Positions 58,762 through 64,000 of a stretch of 64,000 bases of DNA are shown here, piece after piece. How positions within the stretch are numbered: position 1 is the stretch's first letter; each line of letters begins with the position of its first letter. The notes under the pieces are model-generated. The model saw nothing but the letters and a program-made list of their open reading frames with translations. It did not search any database and was not told the DNA's origin. The DNA is taken from NCBI GenBank assembly GCA_036170915.1, contig JAVHQC010000010.1, positions 1 through 64,000 on the forward strand, in the 5' to 3' direction. Made by a program: the position numbers and the translations under genes. The DNA comes from Cyanobacteria bacterium auto_48_18. Lineage in GTDB: Bacteria; Cyanobacteriota; Vampirovibrionia; Obscuribacterales; Obscuribacteraceae.

Positions 58762-59975
58762 AAATTTGCATTACCATGCTGAGCCATCGTTTTAAGTCTG
58801 GCTTCCAGAGCCGTGCGCAGCACATTCGATTGAGTAATGGCATCGGCAATATGCTGAGCCAGTTTGGCACCACCATCAGCGTTTAAGTGCACTGTGTCGC
58901 AAAAATCACCAGCAGTAAAATCAGGGCTATTCGATAGGTCAATGTAACTGGCGTCACCTTGCTTGCAGCGCTCAGCAATTTTGCGCTTGAAACCGTCCCA
59001 GAAAGAATTCGTCAGTAGAGCCCGGTTGGTTGCTGTAAGCGGCATGCCTACTACTAAAACTTTGATGTTGCGACTTTTCATATCTGCCAGAAATTCTTGC
59101 ATGTACTTGAGTTGCACAGCATAAGACGACGGATATGCATTAGAGTATCGATGCATATAATCAACCGTATTATCTACGTAAATTTTTGGCAGATTGGGCC
59201 TGAGCACAGCCTGACCAGGCCTCAAATTACCGCCGTATCCACCAGTGACTAACTTAAGCTGGTCTGCCGCTGTGACCGCTTCGATTTTCTTTGGCGACTG
59301 GTCAGTTTTAACGGCAGGCAAATATTCTGACTTGCTCAGTTCACTCACAACCTGATTGACTGCTGGTACTAATCTGCGCACCGGCAACTCGGTAGAAACG
59401 AAATAAGTGAGGCGCGACCATGGTTCATGAAAGGCCAGGTTGGTGTAGCCAGTCATGTCGTTGTACTGAGAAAAATAACGATATGAATCTGTGGCGCCGG
59501 CGGCGGACAAAGTGTTATCAATAAAATCCCGTGGTGAGACCGTCAACACTAGAACTGACGGCGCACGTCTCTGGTACAGAGCTCGACCAATGACAAAATG
59601 ATCTGAAACCATGGCGCCCGGCAGTGCAGAAAGAAAAACAGAGGGCTTGGCGCCAATACGTTTTGCCAGATCGTTTTCTAGAGTAATGCAAGTTCTATTG
59701 GATGTCAGATCAATAATTTGTCCGCTCGTGTTGGCATCGGCAGCTTGCAGACCGCCAATTTGCGAACTGCCGCAAACCACAACATCAGCTGGTCTTTCAC
59801 TGGTTAGAAATAGACGAGCTAACCACCAGCTGGCGGGTTTGCCCTCAGCCAACGCTTCATTGCTGAGAGCAAAATCGCGCGCATCAAGTGCGGCAATCTT
59901 AACTACGGGCAGTTTGGCTAGAGCCAGATTGACAAAGGCAAAAAGTATTAAAGCGATGAGAAAACGTGGCACCAT
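58758..59975 (-). CDS. SGNH/DUF1574-like (DltD-related) membrane-anchored protein
   Basis: N-terminal TM, VVVCGSS, FCDTVHLNADG (DxxH). Confidence 0.75.
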   Translation of the reverse strand: MVPRFLIALILFAFVNLALAKLPVVKIAALDARDFALSNEALAEGKPASWWLARLFLTSERPADVVVCGSSQIGGLQAADANTSGQIIDLTSNRTCITLENDLAKRIGAKPSVFLSALPGAMVSDHFVIGRALYQRRAPSVLVLTVSPRDFIDNTLSAAGATDSYRYFSQYNDMTGYTNLAFHEPWSRLTYFVSTELPVRRLVPAVNQVVSELSKSEYLPAVKTDQSPKKIEAVTAADQLKLVTGGYGGNLRPGQAVLRPNLPKIYVDNTVDYMHRYSNAYPSSYAVQLKYMQEFLADMKSRNIKVLVVGMPLTATNRALLTNSFWDGFKRKIAERCKQGDASYIDLSNSPDFTAGDFCDTVHLNADGGAKLAQHIADAITQSNVLRTALEARLKTMAQHGNANL

Positions 59976-60037
59976 GCCATAAGGATAAGGCAGGCTCAGG
60001 CGAAATGGGTGAAGTCATTCTCAGAGCCATAATTTTT

Positions 60038-60234
60038 GTGCACTTAAAGCACCAGACCCCTGTGCCGGTTCACACACCGGGCTCACAGGGGCCTGCTCCA
60101 AACAAACTGCCTCACGGCAGCATACCGGGCTTTCACTGTATCGAGACGAGAGCCGCTCCATGTGATTTGAGATTTACTCCGGGATCCATTTCTGGTGGCC
60201 CGCTAACATTGAGAGCATTGGCTTCGTGCGATAT
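60038..60234 (-). ncRNA. candidate structured non-coding RNA (~197 nt), family unassigned (raiA-like?)
   Basis: Nested helices with G-U pairs valid on the minus strand, two GNRA tetraloops, 5'/3' end pairing, dedicated promoter. Confidence 0.65.
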
Positions 60235-60240
60235 GTTTCA

Positions 60241-60268
60241 ATTATAGCAAGATGACAAGAGGGCGCAA
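60241..60268 (-). promoter_or_regulatory. sigma70 promoter TTGCGC-16-TATAAT with extended -10 (TGcTATAAT)
   Basis: Read directly; predicted TSS ~60234. Confidence 0.75.
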
Positions 60269-60381
60269 GTACCCTCAAGCTTAAATTTATCGGTCACAAC
60301 TTCCTAACCGGTTAAGGTAATTTTGCAACAGGCCACAGAGCTACAAACTCGCTAAATCGAAGCAACGCAGCGTCCACAATT

Positions 60382-63300
60382 TTACTTTTCAGCTTGCTTT
60401 TCTTTGTTCAGCAAAGCGACGAAGACCTTGACCAGGCGCGGATCCCACTCTTTGCCTGAACCTTCCATTATCAGTTTCATGGCATCTTCGTGACTGTGCG
60501 CTTCGCGGTAAGGCCTTTCACTGGTCATGGCGGTATAGGCATCTACTAATGAGACGATGCGCGACTCAATTGGAATGACATCACCCTTGATACCATTAGG
60601 ATAACCACTGCCATCCCAATGTTCTTGGTAAGATTCAACAATGGGTGAAATTTTTGCCAACACTTTGGCCGGTTCTAAGAATTTCGCGCCGGTGTGCGGT
60701 ACCTGATTGATATAAACCAAATCTTCGTCAGAGAGTGGGTCTGGGCGTTTCAAAGTTTCTTCAGGCACAGCCATTTTGCCCAAATTACAGAGCACCGCCG
60801 CCAGTGACACAATTTCAGTGTGCTCTTTGGTCAAGTGCAATGATTGAGCAATACGATTGGCATATCCGTACGCCCGTGATGAGCGATCTGGACCGTACGA
60901 AGAACGTTCTTCCACCAGGCGAATCAATTGCGCCAGCATACCCAGCAAGCCCTTCTCACGAATCAGCTCAACGTCAAATTCGGGCACAAGCTCGCCAACA
61001 GGTTTTTCAACTACAGGGCCCATGCGAGTATCAACTTTCATAGCCATCTTGAGCTGTTCTTCACCACCATCAGCCAGGCTCGGAATCAAATCATCAGCCA
61101 CTGTGCAGACCTGGTTACGACCGCGGTGCTTAGCAAGGAAAAGCGCCTGGTCAGCCAGTTCGAACAATCTGTCTTTGTCTTGCGCGTCATTAGGGAAAGT
61201 AGCTACACCTACTGAAGCTGTGACAATACCCCAACCTTCTACCGGCCTCTCGCGCATAGCAGCGCAAGCACGTTCTGCCACCATTTTCGCCCATTTCAAA
61301 TCAGTTTCAGGCAAGAGCACCACAAATTCTTCACCACCAAATCGGCCCACTGTGTCAATTTCGCGCACACTGCGCTTAATTACGTTACCAATGTGAATGA
61401 TGGCGGCGTCACCAACGTGGTGACCTTTGCTGTCGTTAATGCGTTTGAGATAATCGAGGTCGACGATGATAAAGGAGAAGGGGTGACCAAAACGCTGGAA
61501 ACGATCAATTTCTTTGGTCAGCTGTTCTTCAAAATATCTTCTGTTAAACAGACCGGTCATGGGATCGGTAACCGCTTGCCTCTCAACAGTGGCAAACAGT
61601 TCGGCGTGTGAGATCACCACGCCCACCCGGTCTGCCAGGTCGATAATCATACGCATATCTTTATCAGGGAATGGATGGTCACGATCGCGTGCCACCAGCA
61701 TTAGTGCCGCCTTAAAGTTATTACCCTGTCCTAGAGGCACCAAAATGGCTGAGCGATTATTCCATTCAGCAGACAATATGTCTGGCTGAAGACGCTCTTT
61801 GATTTCATCAGGTTTAATAAAAACAGTCTGGCCATCACGCAACAAATCTAGTGAGCCGGCAAAAATGCGATCGGCAATTGTGTGTGCCATGGGCTTGGGC
61901 GGCGGCTCATCGGTAGCGTGGCTGAGTTCTACCGGTTCAGGCTGCGGAAACTCTTCTGAGTTACCGGCAAATTTGCACTTAGTGGCATCATCTGTGGGGC
62001 CATCGTACAAACTGACGATACAAAGATCTAGTTGGAAATAATCTTGCACCGATCGCACAAGCGTATCCATAATTTGATCCGCTTCTTTAAGCGATCGTTT
62101 GATTTCTACAGAAACCTTGTTGATAAGCGCGTCGCGCACCTGGTCGGCGCGAATTTGTTGCACGGCCATATCGGCTCTAATTACGTTTGAAAGGTGACCA
62201 GCAATAGTCAGACCCAGTTCTCTATCTTGTGGTCTGAACTGCGGCCGCTTAGGTTGGCGCTGCCAGAGACCAATAACACCAAGGCGAGTGCCCTCTGAAA
62301 TCAGAGGCAGCACCAGAGCCATATCGTGACCGAAGAAAGGGTCGCCCTTTCTCGAATATTCCATATTTACGACTTTGCCGCGAGCCGATTCGAACACCGC
62401 CACAAACGGATTCTCTTTATTGTCCAGCTCCACATTGGCCACATCAGAATTGATTTGCGGCTCTAGCACACCACTGTCAGGGTTGAATAAATAAATTTGC
62501 GAGTGAATAAAGCCCATGTGATCAGCCACCAGCAAAACTGATCGCACTAGCGAATCTCGGCTGGTCTGGCCTTTTGAATCACGAAAGAGACTGGCAATTT
62601 CATTGATCAGCTTCATTTCCTGGGCGTCCATCTCAATTTTCGATTGGTCGAAAGATTGTTGAACAACCACTGAGAGCATCTCAGCTACTTTCTGTAAAAC
62701 TACGGCATCTTCAGTGCTCCACTCACGTGGTTTACCACACTGTTGCAACTCCAAAAATCCAGAAAAAATACTGCGTGAGCGCAGTTGTACCATCAGACGA
62801 CCACGCACATCACCGAGTTCGAGCAGTGACGATAGAGTGCGTGAGGCTTTGTGCAAATCGGTATCTTGCGCAGTATCAGGAATGCTAATTACACCCGCAC
62901 CTGATTCATCAGGAAAACGTGAGAGAAACTCGAGCACAATCGCCATTGACTCTTGCGAATTGAGTTGATTTTCCACAAAACATGTATGGCCATTGATTGA
63001 ATATTCGTTAGTAACAGCCAGCTGATCGCCCACTACTTTCCATATCAAGCCTCGATCGGCTTTCAATTCTTTGGTCAATACTTCGATGGCATATTGCAAA
63101 ATTGAAGTGAGATCGCTTGAGTGTCTGAGCTGTCCGATAATATCGCTGATGATTGTCTGTGCCGTAGGCGGCATCAATTTTTTGGCATCACCATCGGTGC
63201 CCTTAATAGCCTTAAGATTACTGCGAGTGGCATTCTTGTTAACACTCTTGCGCGCTTCTGGTGGTGTCAAAAGGGCATCGTGATTAGATACCGCCGATCC

Positions 63301-64000
63301 GCCATAGATAGCCGATCCGGGGCTTTCACTGCCATGGCCATTGCCACCTTGCGACAGAACAAAGCTGCCGCTGGCATCACCTTGAAAAACTGCCGTAGTC
63401 GGTTGACTGCTGCGAAAGAAAGTTGCATCAGGCGGCGGCAACCCAGCTGCCAGATGCTGGGCAATAATTTTATCCATCTCGTCTTGACTGTGCGTAGCAC
63501 CAGGCTGAGTCTGAGCATTGGCTGCAGCGGATTGGGCCTGAGATGGCATTCCCATAGCACCCTGCGCAATAACCTGATTTGATCCGGTTTGAACAAATTC
63601 AGCTTCAGGTGTGTCCACGGCAATGGGTGAAATTTTGTTGGGGCCGGTGACACTTTGAGCCGCCTGCAGAACATGTTCGCCGCTGACGGTGACGTCGTAA
63701 TAACTTGGGTCAGTGGTCTCACCCTGCAAAATAAGACCTTGCTGAATTGGCGCTTTAACCACTGGCCATGCCGCTTTCATTCGCTGCACTGAAAGTGGCG
63801 CGCTGCCGCCTGGGCCGAGCGACACACGACAATCTTCTAGACGGTTGCTCTCAGCCAAATTGAGCGACTGCCAAATGGGCAACAACCGGTTGAAAGCTTC
63901 GCGCACAATGGCCGGCTCCATTGAGCCAGTGCACTGATACTTTTCAGCGTTAGGCGACTCCATCGCTTGCTGACCATAAACAACAATGGAGAGCCCAGGA
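60382..64000 (-). CDS. multi-GAF diguanylate cyclase with degenerate HD-GYP domain (frame open to window edge; probably 5'-partial)
   Basis: GAF repeats, DPMTGLFNRR, REID I-site plus GGEEF, then CNLGK and QEHWDGSGYP; no stop between 63963 and 64000. Confidence 0.9.
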   Translation of the reverse strand, partial: PGLSIVVYGQQAMESPNAEKYQCTGSMEPAIVREAFNRLLPIWQSLNLAESNRLEDCRVSLGPGGSAPLSVQRMKAAWPVVKAPIQQGLILQGETTDPSYYDVTVSGEHVLQAAQSVTGPNKISPIAVDTPEAEFVQTGSNQVIAQGAMGMPSQAQSAAANAQTQPGATHSQDEMDKIIAQHLAAGLPPPDATFFRSSQPTTAVFQGDASGSFVLSQGGNGHGSESPGSAIYGGSAVSNHDALLTPPEARKSVNKNATRSNLKAIKGTDGDAKKLMPPTAQTIISDIIGQLRHSSDLTSILQYAIEVLTKELKADRGLIWKVVGDQLAVTNEYSINGHTCFVENQLNSQESMAIVLEFLSRFPDESGAGVISIPDTAQDTDLHKASRTLSSLLELGDVRGRLMVQLRSRSIFSGFLELQQCGKPREWSTEDAVVLQKVAEMLSVVVQQSFDQSKIEMDAQEMKLINEIASLFRDSKGQTSRDSLVRSVLLVADHMGFIHSQIYLFNPDSGVLEPQINSDVANVELDNKENPFVAVFESARGKVVNMEYSRKGDPFFGHDMALVLPLISEGTRLGVIGLWQRQPKRPQFRPQDRELGLTIAGHLSNVIRADMAVQQIRADQVRDALINKVSVEIKRSLKEADQIMDTLVRSVQDYFQLDLCIVSLYDGPTDDATKCKFAGNSEEFPQPEPVELSHATDEPPPKPMAHTIADRIFAGSLDLLRDGQTVFIKPDEIKERLQPDILSAEWNNRSAILVPLGQGNNFKAALMLVARDRDHPFPDKDMRMIIDLADRVGVVISHAELFATVERQAVTDPMTGLFNRRYFEEQLTKEIDRFQRFGHPFSFIIVDLDYLKRINDSKGHHVGDAAIIHIGNVIKRSVREIDTVGRFGGEEFVVLLPETDLKWAKMVAERACAAMRERPVEGWGIVTASVGVATFPNDAQDKDRLFELADQALFLAKHRGRNQVCTVADDLIPSLADGGEEQLKMAMKVDTRMGPVVEKPVGELVPEFDVELIREKGLLGMLAQLIRLVEERSSYGPDRSSRAYGYANRIAQSLHLTKEHTEIVSLAAVLCNLGKMAVPEETLKRPDPLSDEDLVYINQVPHTGAKFLEPAKVLAKISPIVESYQEHWDGSGYPNGIKGDVIPIESRIVSLVDAYTAMTSERPYREAHSHEDAMKLIMEGSGKEWDPRLVKVFVALLNKEKQAEK

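Noticed and set aside
59966..60247. 93-aa plus-strand ORF
   Set aside because: It lies antisense to a promoter-driven structured element, with no SD and no protein-like features.
1..64000. Other short ORFs nested in or antisense to the long CDSs; transposases, integrases and phage genes
   Set aside because: The nested ORFs are shadows of well-supported genes; no mobile-element motifs were recognised anywhere in the window.

Overview
This window is 64 kb of gene-dense bacterial chromosome. It is most likely from a non-photosynthetic cyanobacterial relative (Vampirovibrionia/Melainabacteria, Obscuribacterales-like). That assignment is an inference from a cyanobacterial-type tmRNA tag (ANNVIKF...), cyanobacterial-style peptide ABC binding proteins, many secreted TPR and hypothetical proteins, and no photosynthesis genes in view. 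Housekeeping content includes ssrA (tmRNA), tRNA-Leu(CAA), prmA, a TrhO-like rhodanese, pcp, glpK, nrdAB under a cobalamin riboswitch, cobB, dps, an OsmC-family protein, birA, apt and recJ. Signalling content includes three histidine kinases, two response regulators and a GAF-GGDEF-HD-GYP protein. I saw no integrase, transposase, phage genes or CRISPR array. The most notable unexplained signal is a ~197-nt highly structured intergenic RNA candidate at 60038-60234 (minus strand) with its own consensus extended -10 promoter and colinear motifs reminiscent of raiA-motif RNA. Other points of interest are an apparently exported TldD/TldE protease pair with DUF2059, a RedB-like/membrane-kinase/receiver module, a three-domain immunity-like fusion just past the tmRNA 3' end, a minimal B12 riboswitch with a readable terminator/antiterminator, and small proteins absent from the ORF track. 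All family names come from motif recognition by eye; no searches were run.
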